Below are positions 39,920-53,300 of a stretch of DNA of 64,000 nucleotides, piece by piece. A model generated the notes under the pieces. It had not been told where the DNA came from. It worked only from the letters and a program-made list of their open reading frames with translations, and did not search any database. Both the position numbers and the translations under genes were made by a program. The stretch is from contig OZ260666.1 of the NCBI GenBank assembly GCA_965285935.1, positions 51,460,001 to 51,524,000 on the forward strand, written 5' to 3'. The stretch is from Ophelia neglecta. Lineage: Eukaryota. The stretch's first letter is position 1; every line of letters begins with the position of its first letter.

Positions 39920-40178
39920 CCATGGTGCCTATTTGTGACAGTGGGCTTAATGCTGCCTCACTGGGATAACTGCTGTAGAAACCAGACAGGGAGCCCCACC
40001 CAGTCACATTATACTGACTCTGGGTTGAACAGTCCTGATACTACCCCCGAAATACTGGGCGCCTAGAAGGGGAGCTATCAGTACCTAATGCTTATTTTTA
40101 CGTCTTGGTAAGAATGCGATCGGGATTTGAACCCCGATCTACAACTTGTGAGGCAGACACTATACCACTTGGCTACGC
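39920..40178 (-). mobile_element. tRNA-derived SINE with Meta/MESC-like core
   Basis: Minus strand shows A box TAGCCAAGTGG, B box GGTTCAAATCC, then GGACTG...GTCAGTATAATGTGACTGGGTGGGG. The core resembles the Meta/MESC SINE domain (family call from recollection). Confidence 0.75.
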
Positions 40179-43100
40179 TTTGTAAGAATGTTAGAAAACA
40201 AGGATGATGAAGCACTCTTTTTGTCAATAATTTGGATTGTTATAAAAGTTGACTGTTGATAAGTGTTTCCAATAACTAACCCATGACTGAATTAATGATT
40301 TTTGTTGAACTTTTAAACAATTGGAAATCTATTTAAACACACATGCAGAGAAGAAAGGTAATGTTATTCAACAGACATGATATTACTAGTATATATATGT
40401 CAATAATTTGTATTTGTCATTAATATTCTAATAAGGGGTATGTTTAAATATTGATATATACAACAGTTTGATTCATCCTGATTCCTACACCATTCAAGCT
40501 TCAGTGTAATTGCTATCTTTTTATGAACACTGATAATTACGAGTAATCAGGAGTTTTAATTTCTAGTAGGGTAGTTAACTTGTTTTAAAAATTGAACACA
40601 GTTGCCATCCAGCTTTGCTAGCAAGAAGCTTTGCGGTAGAATTGCAAAACCAATTGCCTTCATATAAACTTTGATTGAATGCATTGCAATCCATTTTCCA
40701 AAGGTATCTGATTATAGAAGTACATGTATTGCCATCTTGGTGATACATAGGTACAATTACATTCCTGTGTCAAACATACATTGATGGAAATTAAGATAAG
40801 AATTATGTTAGCCAACAGGGCTCCTAGTCATTGGAAAGTATTAGGCCAGAGGAAGAGTTATAAGCCAAGAAAATGTGGTAATTTGAACATGGTTTAAACC
40901 TTAACTCCTCACCTAAGTCTGAGAATCATGCATATGTACAGACGGGTCGAAGGCTGCAGTCATGTCAATGTTGGGGTCATTGCCCTAGCATCTGCATAAC
41001 AAATACCATACAATAAGGCCTAGCCCTGAAATGTACTCTTATCTGATATCTTCTGATAATATACAAAAATAGTGCCAAGGTTTAACAGAAACATTCAATA
41101 TAAGAGCTGCTAAACTCATTGAATACTCACTAACATATTATGTACAAATTATAAGAGCTCAATCAGATTTAAGCTATTATTATTATTTTAGTATGTATTG
41201 AATGTAGTTATGCCTTGTAAATAAGGCCAGTATATGGAACAGATGTTACCACTACATACACAATGTACATGTAAATAGCATATCTTACGTATGTATCTGG
41301 TACTAGCCACAGCCACATGTACCTTGTATATGTGGGAGATTCACCAGCCAAGTTCATGTATATTTATAGGAGCAGCTAGTGGTAAAAATAATAATGACCT
41401 AGCATTTTTGCCCCATCCTGCTTTGTGAAAAAAGGGGGGGAGGGTACATAGACATACTATATATAGAGAGAGTTAATCTTTAGTTATTAAGATGTATGTG
41501 TCAGAGTCAAAAATTGTCAAAACTAAACTCTCTGACAATCATGAATATTATCCCTTTGAATAGGGGGACTCATGTTTCTAAACATCTTGTTCTGTATGTC
41601 ATTGCCTAGAAACTAATATCAAATTTCAGCAAGACATACATAGCCGAAGGTCCCTTACTGTACCTGCGAGGTCCATTAGTCAACCAATGACTGGCGAGGT
41701 CAAGAACTGCTGTAACTTCCATGCCTACAGTGATAGCCAATGATAGACAGGCGTGCTACAAAGTTAGAAAAATATATTGTGCAATATGACATTATGTGTA
41801 TTTTCCTGATTTTTTTTCAGTGAGGAGGAATCAACACATTTCTGTCCATGAGGTTTGGGGGCACTGAGCTCCATTGTATGTTTGAAGGGTAGACGAGTGT
41901 GGTATGTTGTTTGTGCAGGAGGGATGGGGTTCCAGTAATCTTCCTTGTGGACTTGACATACATAAAATTTCCTATCAAAGTTACTAGGATATCCAGTTGG
42001 TGTTGTTTATTGTTATCATTTCAATGTACACCTTGGTAATCAAGTGGACATTGCAGTTTAACCCAGTGGATTATGGTGCTATTTATGTTTAGAATGTGTG
42101 GCAGTTTTGTGTGAGACTGTAGGATGCTTATACCTAAGTGTGTGGGTGTACCAGAGTCCCCTTAAATCTAAAATTGGAGAACCTCATAACCTGCTGGGCT
42201 ATATGCTACTTGCCTCGCCAACATCGATTGCTGAGAGGTAACCTCCATTTTAAAACTTTTTTATGAAAGACCTACCTTGGATCTGGGCATAAAGAAAGGA
42301 AAATCCTGGCAGCCTTGATTGGCTGGATTTCAACCCTTGTATACTCAATAAGTGTTCACTGTGTCGGTAAGGCTGTCATAACAGGCCTAGTATCGAATCA
42401 GAGGGCCTAAGCACTGCTGAGAAGGGCCTGCCTCTTTAATCTGATCTCAAAGTATGAAAAGCTGGATTATTTTAGACTATCTTTTAAATCCCATGTTAGG
42501 ATTACCAACGCTATTGTACTTGTAGAGATTATATAATGGTATTTTGCGGCTACAAGCTTATTCTGAGCAACTGTAAAAAAAACCATCCTATATCCTACTC
42601 AAGTAGCCCTTCCTGGCAGCCAGTTCTTGATGTCTTGTGGTGTAGATATATGCTTAAGGAATGGGTGGTGGTCCAAGTATATGATCAAGTGCTAATGTCA
42701 CATATGAAAAAGGTTGATTTAGTTCCCAAAAATTAGCAACCTTAATTAATTTTTGTAGAAAATTCCGGGGGAATTTTATACTTTAAATCCAGGGGGCTGG
42801 AAAACAAACTGGATGATAATGGTTTTTGCAGGGTGGTGTGGGGTTCCAGAAAAATGAGACTCTCTTCCAGGGCTGTAGCTTGAATGATGCTTCTAACTTA
42901 TTTCTATGTATTTCCAGTGGGAATGTTAGCTGATGTGGTAAAATATTTTAAATTAATGTCCACCCAAAATGTAATACATGTATCACATGGCATATCTTGT
43001 GTTCATGACCTCACCCTAGTATGCTTGAACTGTTGTAGTCTTAACACACACACACACACACACAATGTCATGTGAATGATGAGATACTGGTTATCATGTA

Positions 43101-44137
43101 CCCCTTTGTGCCCACCAACCTTCACTCCACCTAAATTATATGAAAACTACCATAACATATTTGCACCTCAGTGTGGGTTGGTGATGTACTCAAGGTCAGA
43201 TGTGGGGTCTAACTAAAGGTTAACTATCATTGACAGGTGAGCTTGTGGGTCTAAGACTTACTAGCTGCAGGGTGATGATAGATTTGTATATATATAACCA
43301 AATTTCAGTGAGAGCAATCTGGGTATACCTGAACATTAACAAATTTAGGGATGTACCGGTAGCTAGATTAAGCTACAGCAAATCTTGCACACACACATTT
43401 TATAGACATAGCAATTTCCAAACACATTCATTGTGTATAGTTTTCTGCCCAGTTCCTGATCACTTTAAAAGAAAATCTAAAGCCCTAGCATGCAAGAGGC
43501 CTGGCACGTTAAAGAAGTTGGCACATGTAGGTATTCAATCAAGATGAGAGAAGTTATTCTCAGGCCAAATGTTTGTTTCTTGGGTGAGTTGGTCTGATTT
43601 GGTAAATCAAAGGAAATTCGTGACCTTAGCCTAAGTACATGGCAGATAATTGAATCCTTTGGCAAATGTCTTAACAAATTACTGAACTAATATTTGAACA
43701 ACATTGGATCAATACATCACACCTTATAAATGAAGGTCGCAGGGCATTTTAAACAAGGCTGTTTGGTTGTGGAATCTGCACACTTCAGCGTAGTGAGTAT
43801 CTGGTGGGATAACCATGATCTGGTGCCACATGCTGGTCTCCTTCAAAGTGGGCTAATATAATCCAAAAAGCGTTTGGTTTTGTTCATGTGGGCGGGGGAG
43901 GTCCTGAGGAGGTTCTGTGGACATTTGCAAATTTAGCTATGTGCACTATTTCAGCGTCGCTTGCAACATACTTATCCCTAGTCCAGATATATGGGGCTCA
44001 ATAAGTTCCCAACTTCACTTGTCAGTTTCTCAGTACACTAAAGACAAGCCCACAGGCCAGGGGGAAAGTCAGGCCAGTCAAGGAGCTTCAGGGAAAGAAT
44101 ACCAGGGAGATAGCAATCTATACCTGTGTACCAGTTA

Positions 44138-44318
44138 TACAGTGGTCCCTGCAATGTAGGGCCCCTTCAATGAAGGGCAACCTGCAATGGCAGGACAGTT
44201 TTGAATTCACATGTCCTATCTTTACCATACTAATGTACCTCTGATGAAGGGTCACCTGCAATGTGGGGCCACTTTTCCTTGGATAAAGGGGTGGCCCTAC
44301 ATCACAGGGACCACTGTA
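44138..44318. mobile_element. TA-flanked CAGT-type MITE, 181 bp
   Basis: TACAGTGGTCCCTGCAATGTAGGGCC versus reverse-complemented right end TACAGTGGTCCCTGTGATGTAGGGCC (24/26 identical). Confidence 0.88.
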
Positions 44319-44519
44319 AATGCAGCTGAATATTTTCATAGTTCATCAGTTTTGAGTTGTGCAGAGCATTGTTTTTACTATAATATATACTTGATTCATC
44401 TGATTACCTTTTCAGAAGTTCACCTGAACAGACATCTGTCCTGTACCAATTTTATTTATTTTTTTATTTGAAGATTTTGAAAAAGAAAATTTCATTGTTG
44501 CCTTTATTTTAGATTGAAG

Positions 44520-44695
44520 ATGCCGTCCGAGGCCAGGTTGAGAGTGAATGGGAAGATGGCAGAGTACAACAGTCAGAATGGGGGCGTCAGTCATACTACT
44601 AGCCTGGAACGATGCTCCGAAACGGCCCATGACTGGGAGGAAGATAAAAATATCAACAAAGATTTTTTTGATGATGGTACTATGACATTCTTCTG
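44520..44695 (+). CDS. PTDSS2: Phosphatidylserine synthase 2, coding exon 1 (gene 44520-55370, 10 coding exons, 498 aa)
   Basis: MPSEARLRVNGK...FFDDGTMTFF(W), matching the PSS2 DDGTxTFFW motif. Donor GTGAGT. An acceptor at 44512 implies an upstream UTR exon. The ten exons sum to 1497 nt. Confidence 0.9.
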
Positions 44696-45177
44696 GTGAG
44701 TCAAAAAATTATGATTATAAATATTCTCAACAAAGTAAATACAAAAACATATAAACAAACTGGTGTGCCAGAGGGCATTTGACAACAATGATTTAGCCAA
44801 TGCTTTCATGTGAGTAAAGATTTCGTTAAAAAAAAGCAACATTTTATATTCATCCTTATTCTATTTGACATGATTGACAGTATGTTAAACTCATGATGAT
44901 ATGTTGTTTATTAGTCATGTTAGTGTTAAGCACAACAGTAGTTGAACTATCTTGTATGAAGTGGCCAAGCTCCTGTTTTAAGTCTCTGCTCATTGTAGAT
45001 AGCTCTTATTATTAAATATCACAAACTGTAGTTCATGTATGATGTATGAATTTACTTGCTACTTTCATGAACCATATACCATGCAGAATGTATAGAATGA
45101 ATGCTGTACTTTCCTACCTGTTAATCTGCATTAATAGTAAACTGTAGGGACCATTCTATTTTTGTTATGTATTTCAG

Positions 45178-45279
45178 GCGTGCCCACCGACTACTGGTGC
45201 TGGTGATATTCAGTGTGGTGCTCATTTATGTTGCTCTTTTTGAGGAGGCCTCCACAGATACCCAGTATAATACTAAAAG
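45178..45279 (+). CDS. PTDSS2: PSS2 exon 2
   Basis: RAHRLLVLVIFSVVLIYVALFEEASTDTQYNTK(R); GT-AG boundaries. Confidence 0.95.
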
Positions 45280-45385
45280 GTGAAAACACATCAAGCCGTT
45301 GTCATTAATTCAATTCCAAGCTTTTTTTTACTGAATACACTTGCTGAGCATTGATATTGACTGTTGTTTCCTTGGTATATTTCAG

Positions 45386-45468
45386 GGGTATGTTCTACTG
45401 TGTGCTGGTGTTTATTCTTTTTGGGGTAACACACACGCCTGATGGCCCCTTCAAGAGACCTCATCCTG
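45386..45468 (+). CDS. PTDSS2: PSS2 exon 3
   Basis: GMFYCVLVFILFGVTHTPDGPFKRPHP. Confidence 0.95.
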
Positions 45469-45614
45469 GTAGGCATTCTTTTGTAATGTTCAAAACATGT
45501 AACTTGATTTTTTGGTTTTGTAATGTAACTAGTTTAAAAAAAAAAAAACAGGACATACGAAATCCTAAGCAGAACATACAAGTTTCATATATGACATGGG
45601 TGAAAACCAGACTA

Positions 45615-46032
45615 AAATGTGAATCCCTTTATCTCTTTGTCCCTTGATTCTGTGTTACCACATTGAGTCTGTGAATACCCTTGCCTCTTGACCCTATGCT
45701 TCCCCACAGAGACTGTGAATCCCCTTGTCTCTATGACCTGCTATTTTGTGCTACCCCACTGAGTATGTGAATCCCCTTGTCTCCATGTCCCTTGACTCCA
45801 TGCTAACCACAGAGTGTGTGGAGAATCCCCTTGTCTCCATGTCCCTTGACTCTGTGCTACCCCACAGAGTGTGTGGAGAATCCCCTTGTCTCCATGTCCC
45901 TTGACTCCGTGATAACCACAGAGTGTGTGGAGAATCCCCTTGTCTCCATGTCCCTTGACTCCGTGCTACCCCACAGAGTGTGTGGAGAATCCCCTTGTCT
46001 CCATGTCCCTTGACATGTTACCCCACAGAGTC
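45615..46032 (+). repeat. Minisatellite with 54-55 bp unit, ~8 copies, in PTDSS2 intron 3
   Basis: GAGTGTGTGGAGAATCCCCTTGTCTCCATGTCCCTTGACTC.GTGCTA.C.CACA starting at 45812, 45867, 45921 and 45976, with degenerate copies upstream. Confidence 0.95.
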
Positions 46033-46974
46033 TGCTTAGAGAGAAGTACTTGTTTCTAAAGCTCTGCAATGCAAATCATGAAACTGTCTCCTTTCATATG
46101 TGGAATCCCTGGTCATTCTCTACAGCCAATCCATGTGGAGCACTTCTTCCCTGCAAATTACTGAACAGAATTATGAAGAAAGACAGACATATTATTAAGA
46201 AAGATATAATGTGCCTGAAATCCCACAGTTTTCAAAACTGGGAAATATGTACATAAAGTGTGAAGTCCCATGTGTAAAAGTTAGGAGAAAAGCACAAGTA
46301 TTTTGTGCTACCAATTCATGCATTCCAATATGTAGGACAGTGGGAATAAAGGCTGAAAAGAAGGAATGAAGTTTATTTGCAGTTGGTGTTTTAAGCCACT
46401 TTAAGTCAGTATTGTAGTTTGTAGCTTTCATACAACATGTATATGTGAATGATGGGAAAGAAGCTTCAATAAAATTTTGCAATACTATTTTGTGTAATTG
46501 GTTTTGCATGAACAACCACTGGTAAAACCCACACTCTGGAAAATGTAAACTGGTAATATGAAAAATGATCCTGAAACAGAATGTATTTGGCTTGGTCTAG
46601 CAATGTTTATCCTGGCTGGTGTGCCCTGGCTGTTGTTTATGATAAAAATATGCATATACCGGTTCATATACATGTATATATTACCATAGATGTGTACATT
46701 CTGTTTAGATTACACATATCTATGAGATTAGATATTTAATCATGATAATAATCAAGTATATATTTAACTTTGGTAGAATGTAATTTGATACCAGTCATTA
46801 GCCAAGCTTAATGCAATTGTTTTTAATCTTTATAACCATAAAATGCTAAAATGACCATTTGTACAAGTATTCTGTTTGTTGACCTGTCAATAATTTTCAT
46901 GACTCATTGACATGGAAAATGCTGGTGTTGGAGGAGGCTAAATACTGATGAATGTGTATCTTGATTCTTTGCAG

Positions 46975-47042
46975 CCCTTTGGAGGTTTATGTGTGTTTGC
47001 AGTATTGTTTATGAACTGGCATTGCTGTTTTTACTGTTCCAG
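46975..47042 (+). CDS. PTDSS2: PSS2 exon 4
   Basis: (A)LWRFMCVCSIVYELALLFLLFQ; donor GTAAGC. Confidence 0.95.
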
Positions 47043-47558
47043 GTAAGCTGCTGTCAAAATGATATTGCAATTTATTTAGCAAGATGTACTTTTAACAGTT
47101 TGTACATTTTGAAATTTGTGGAAATAAAGGCGAAAAACCTAAAACAATTGAACCTGTGACATTGACCTTCAAGTCCTAAAACATTACCATACTGCTACTT
47201 CAGTGAAGTTGTCCTGGTCTATACATGAGTAATATCTGAAGTTTATATCTTTGACTTCTGAAGTTTGTGACAACAAATCAACTGCTGTAATAGTGTCCTT
47301 GCTATGTTTTAAATTGAAAAATATTCATGAAAATAAAAGATCCCATTATCAATTTGATGACATTGGAACTTTACGTCCCTTTGCTCGTTGTGTAATTATG
47401 TTACTAATAATTTTAGGTATTTGCAATCAGTCAGAACCATAAGCCTTTTTGAGGTTTCTAATATAATGAGTCAGTTAGATAAATTATATCAACCATAAAA
47501 AACAGTTTAGAAACTGTTATTAATGCCAGTCTGATAGTTATGTCTTTGTGGTTTATAG

Positions 47559-47744
47559 ACTGTTGATGATGCCAGACAACTGCTGAAGCACATTGATCCT
47601 GAACTCGGGGAGCCTCTCCCTGAGAAGGACTATGGCGGAACCTGCGTCATCTATGATGACCAGAATCCAGATGACCCCTGGCACAACGTTTATGACAAGA
47701 TGGACGGCTTTGTTGTCGTGCATTTTTTCGGCTGGTGGCTGAAG
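47559..47744 (+). CDS. PTDSS2: PSS2 exon 5
   Basis: [62 protein letters not shown]. Confidence 0.96.
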
Positions 47745-49000
47745 GTAGGCACATATACATTAGGACTTATAACACTTATGTTTTTTATTGCTGTGTAACT
47801 ATGTGTGGGACTCCGGTTTGTAGTTGAGAGCTGTGGTGTTCACCAGAGCAATGGATTCTTTGTACTAATTGTGCTCTTTCATGTGGACTTTCTTCTAATA
47901 CTGGCTTGTATACTTTGTGATCAACATTTCCTGTCTGTATTATAAAATGGCACACCTTTGACATTTAAGTTGCTAAATTTATGTTATGTTGAGTAAATTT
48001 CAACAGAACTACTTGCACTACTAACATTATCCTAAAGTATTAAACATGTAATGTATTAGACATGCTGTAATGGTGGTGATGTTGGTGGAATTATGGTTGG
48101 CCAGCAGCAGTAGAGAAAAATCAGTTTCACCCATATTTCACCCTTACTGGTGTGTAGATGCACAATAATATCGATATCAAAACACAGCTACTGATTAGAT
48201 GAAATTAATACTTAAACTTCATTTCTTATGCTATGTTTCCAACCACTGTTTTTTTTTATTATATGATTACAACCTTAAGTTTGGCTCATTGCCAGGTGCT
48301 GTGACAAGAAAAAATGACAGCAAATATGCACGCCTATTAATAATAGCAACAAAAAAAAACACAATTTGGTCGGGTGATCCACCATTTTTCAGTCAAACTT
48401 TTTTGAACTCAATTTTCAATTAAGGGCAAATGAGCATCAAGTTTGGCAAATAAATACTGCACAAACATTACCACCATAACAGAAGCTTGGTGTTCCTTAG
48501 AGGCACAATGCTATTGGCTTCATTTTACTTTTGACATACATGTACATAAATTGCTAACTCTGTTGCTATATCCTTGCCCAGCTTTAACCTTACATGTGAC
48601 CTGTGGACCAGTGAGTTGTATAAAATATCTATGTCTGATTTTCAATCTCTTTTGCATGTTTCTATTCTTTTTTCCATCTCATATGATCTATGTTAATCTT
48701 TCCTGCTCATGCTTGCTTGCTTTTTTTGTAATTATGTCTCATACTATTAATTATTTATGTAGGGTTTGGGGTTTTAATGCCCTGTATAGATTTACAATTT
48801 ATTGCCTGTAATCAGAAGTTATCTATGAAGGTCACCATGAGTTGTTCTAGGATATAACCTACACTCTTCTGTTTATGTCATGTATAGATTAGCATAAATG
48901 TATGTAGATTTCAATTACAGTCATAAATGTAATCTACACCATTTATGTGTAAAGATAGGAATACAACTCATGTCTATGAAATCATGTCCTCTTTCTCCAG

Positions 49001-49114
49001 ACACTGGTGTTACGAGACTGGTGGCTCTGCCTGGTGATCAGCATCATGTTTGAGGTTCTGGAGTACACCCTGGAACATCAGCTACCAAACTTCTCTGAAT
49101 GCTGGTGGGACCAT
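49001..49114 (+). CDS. PTDSS2: PSS2 exon 6
   Basis: [38 protein letters not shown], containing the PSS signature LPNFxECWWD. Confidence 0.97.
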
Positions 49115-49535
49115 GTGAGTAGAATTAGTATTTGTATGAATAATAATCAAATAAGATAAATTGATCTGACTGTGACACAGAAGAATCTAATCATCAGTCA
49201 CTTGATTCATTGAGGTGCTGCCTGAGTAAACCAAACAATATCGTAAGCATAATAATTGATTGTCCAGAATCAGGTGTGTATCGGCCTGGCCCGGACCAAC
49301 AAATGAAAGGCTAAATCTAGCAGATTAAAAGTAGATTTTCACTGGCACCATCTTCCTCATCTAGAGTTACAAGTAAAAATAAATAAATCAATTGAATAAC
49401 CAAAGCATAGTTAATGCCAACCAAATTTCAACTTTGAACCCTTACAGAATCCCATATGATTGGTTGATTTAAACTCATTCATAGACTTGTGTATGTTTGC
49501 AGGCGGCATGCTTATCACATACTTTTATTTTCTAG

Positions 49536-49654
49536 TGGGTGATGGATGCTCTGGTTTGCAATGGTTTGGGTATATACCTAGGAATGAAAACCCTGAACTA
49601 TCTGTCCATGAAAACCTACCACTGGAGGGGAATGTGGAACATACCTACATACAG
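49536..49654 (+). CDS. PTDSS2: PSS2 exon 7
   Basis: [39 protein letters not shown](R). Confidence 0.96.
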
Positions 49655-50065
49655 GTCAGCTCACTACACTGCAGTGAAAACAATTATCATGTTGTTTAGA
49701 AAATAAACTAATCTGTCCGGCCCCTGTAATAGGGAGTAGGGGGGGGGGGGGGGGCTATCAGGGGAGGGGTTGGAGATCTCCTGTATCTCATATCCTAATA
49801 TGAAATGTATCATATACTAGGCACTAAGTATATCAACTATTTACCAATATTTCAACAATCATTGAAATTTCACATTTTCAGAGAATTTAATACAAATATC
49901 TAGTATTCAAATTGCCTAATATTGTGTATTCAAAATTTACCCCTCTCATTATTTCTTACATTAGAATCTGTGCAAAATCACATGATTCTTATCTAGAACC
50001 TTGTTTCATTTTTCCAGGACTTTCAGCAATGTATCAGAGTTCCATTTAAAATAGATATCAATGAA

Positions 50066-50342
50066 TACAGGGAATGGGCCTTATACTGAGAGTTTTTTCT
50101 AATATAATGCGAGTCTAGGATAAAATTTTAGTACATTTCAAAAATCTTTAAACCAAACCACAAATGTAAGATCTCATCCAGTAGCTTCTGGTCCATATAT
50201 AACAAAATTTCAGCTTTTTCTATGTTTGTAGGACCCATGGGAACCCTTCTTTTCGGGGCCAATTCTGTGTAGTAAAAAGATATTAATATATAAACTACCA
50301 GTTAAGAGATACTGTTATGCCTCTTATAATTGGCACCCTGTA
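50066..50342. mobile_element. Possible decayed TA-CAGGG MITE
   Basis: TACAGGG...CCCTGTA termini, but the inverted match is short. Confidence 0.3.
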
Positions 50343-50579
50343 TTGATTTTCAATTTTGTATAACTTCAATTGATTATTGACCTGCAATACTAAGGGCACC
50401 TACAAAGTGTTAAAGAGCCTATGTAAATCTAGTAATCCTCATAATAATAATTTATATTTTGCCCGTAATAATTCACACACATTTAAATTTAATTTTTATT
50501 TTGCTGGGCAAATTATTAGAGTTAAAAGGGCACTTTTCAATCCAGCCAGCGTTATGATGTTTTACATCACTGTTCACAG

Positions 50580-50694
50580 GGGTAAGCTGACCAGAGTACT
50601 GAAGCAGTTTACACCTTATGTATGGACAGACTTTGAGTGGCGGCCAACTTCCAGTCTTAAACGCTGGATTGCTATGCTGTGGCTCATAAACATT
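50580..50694 (+). CDS. PTDSS2: PSS2 exon 8
   Basis: GKLTRVLKQFTPYVWTDFEWRPTSSLKRWIAMLWLINI. Confidence 0.96.
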
Positions 50695-50945
50695 GTGAGT
50701 AACAAAGTCAAGTTGTACCTGTTTTACCCGTTAATCAATTCTCATAAAAAGATAGATCAGTATGGTGAGTTGAATCATTGCTCATATTATCTTAGAGCAG
50801 CCCCCTTTCAGAATCCAGGAGAGGGACAGGAATTTAAGCTGTTTAGTTAATTTCCTCAGCCCTACTTGCCTTCTTCCTACCCATAATATATAATGAATAT
50901 GATTTTTAGGAGTTTCAGAGTTCTGCATAATTATCTTTGTTTCAG

Positions 50946-51091
50946 TTCCTATTGGCTGAGTTGAATACATTTTATCTGAAGTTTGTTCTATGGATTCCCC
51001 CTCCCCACTTTTTGTGCCTTGGTCGTCTAGTGTTCTTCCTCTTCTGGGGTGCTGTAGCCATGAGAGAGACATTTCAGTACCTTGATGATCC
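50946..51091 (+). CDS. PTDSS2: PSS2 exon 9
   Basis: [48 protein letters not shown](P), with the ELNTFxLK motif. Not shown in the ORF track. Confidence 0.96.
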
Positions 51092-52920
51092 GTAAGTGAT
51101 TAATAATGATAAGTTTTGGTTCTATGGTCGGCATAGTTGATTGTAATGCCAGAATTCCATAATAATATATTGTTAAGTAGAAAAATAATAATATCTGGAC
51201 TTGTTACCTTCTCTAAACCTGCTTTAAATGACAAAAAATTATCTGTCCTGGGTTAACCTTCACATTTCAATTAATATTGTTTCTATACTGGACACAATTA
51301 AAACTTTTGCATTGAACATCTATTTGCCAAATTTGGGTAGTAAATGCTCTAAATCGCTCATTCCATTCTTCTGGCATTTATGAAACATGATCACGTTAAG
51401 GTGTTCCAATCTGAGTGGTCAGAGCAGGCAGTAAGGTGCAGTGGCACCTTGAACACATTAATACCTCTGTCTGTGGAGAGCAGAGTACACCTGACACTGA
51501 GCCAGGTCCGTCTGCTACGTGGTGTGCTGCTGTATGTGGAACAGCTAAGCTCCATTTGAGGTGGCTAGCCTTTGCAAAATTATATTAAAGAATATGTTGT
51601 TGTATTATAAGTTGTGTTCAGTATATACATGTATATATATTTATATGATTTGTGTGACATTCTTTGAATTCCACTCGTTTTATTTTCATTTTCATACAGG
51701 CACTCTATGTACGTATTATTACTGGTTTAGCTATTACCATTTTGCAAACAAAGCTAACCTGTCTTTTTTTTTCTGAGGGGGTGCTTATGCAGTTTTCATC
51801 CATTCCTTACAGCTTTGTTAATGAAAGGAATTGTATTTCATGCAAGACCATGCTTGTACCAACTGTTGCCATCTTTAAACAACAATAACACTTTCTTGGA
51901 ATGCATGAAGCAATGTTCCACAGGGATTTCTATAAACCCAGAAGTTTACTGTACCTAACCCCGAGCCTGTTATAACAAGGAGAATTGATTTATATTGCTA
52001 CAATGTCTAACTACTTCTCTACTGGGTAGACCAGGTTTTCTTCGAAACATAAAAAGCTCCAAATAATAATAGACAATGCAGTAAACATGTTAACAATGTA
52101 TTTAGCAAATTTCCAGTGGTATATATTTCTTTTAATTCCTAGAACATGTGGAATTACTGGTGCTGACTTTCACACTTTAACACTGTACAGCTAATTAATA
52201 GCTTGAGTAACAGCCCAATATCTACAACAGTTCACTCCAATGCCTTAGGCTCTTCCATTTGCCCTCCATTGAGAATTTACTACACAACCTTGCAAAGTGG
52301 TGTCATAAGCTTTCATCATTGCTTAAAAATGGCCCCATCTGAAGGAAGTAAATGAACTGTAATCATTGTCTTTTATTTGTGCTAACCTAAGTTATCAAAA
52401 TTTTATAATTATGTATTGTATCCTCCGAAGCAGGAAGTTTATTTTTGTGAGAAAAATGATTTTTTATATTATTTGCAAATTTGTTATTTGATGGCAACAT
52501 GTCAGTGAAAAGCACACCACTGATTGGTTACCTCATTCATGGAATATTTTGTCTTGAAACATATGGACATAGCAACTAATTCAGCAGAGAGCAATTCCCC
52601 TTTCGAGACAGACAACCTGAGGAGACACAGGGAGACATGTTAGATGTATTTGTACATGTACACTCTGTACACATGGAGATGGGAAAGATATTTGTCTTCA
52701 GCAGACAAGAGTAGAGAAGTGGAAGGCAAAATATACAGGGTTAGAAAAGAGCATCAGTCTATAAACACTGGTACATTTGCTACTCAGCAAATAAGCAAGT
52801 AGCTTCAGAAATAAACATTTATCTAGTCCTAGTACATTAACATTAAGTGGAGCGTATTTGGTGGTGTTACAACCTGCACGTAACTGCTACCAGTAATGAC
52901 AGTAATGAGCCTACTACCGT

Positions 52921-53300
52921 TAGTGATGGGCTGATGATCGATTATAATCGAAAGTCGGTTGGTTAGCTGTAAGAACCAAGCGCTTAAATAAAAAATTCAC
53001 TATCGATTTAATCGGTTCACAGTCATTAATTCCTTGTGTTTATTTATCTGTTTATATCAAGTGTCTTTTCTTCTCGCAGTCACCATCTTTGTTTACCATG
53101 ATACTCGTGTTTCCGGTCTTTTCCGGTCTACTAATGGCTGGCTGTGACGCAAGCCACTGCGTTTCCGGCACGTTACTGGTTATCGAGCATATTGGCGGTC
53201 TCGAGGATTTCTACATGCTAGCGAACCGATTATCTCAATCATCGATTGGTTTGTCTGAACCAATCATCGATTATGAAAATCAAACCAAATCCTATCACTA
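52921..53300. mobile_element. hAT-like MITE with 8-bp target-site duplication
   Basis: TIRs TAGTGATGGG...CCTATCACTA; flanks ACTACCGT (52913-52920) and ACTACCAT (53301-53308); subterminal ATCGATT/AATCG repeats. Confidence 0.88.

Noticed and set aside
40090-40178. tRNA gene
   Set aside because: A and B boxes are present, but I see no intact cloverleaf and the sequence continues into a SINE core.
45615-46032. CRISPR-like array
   Set aside because: Head-to-tail repeats with no unique spacers, in a eukaryotic intron, with no cas genes.
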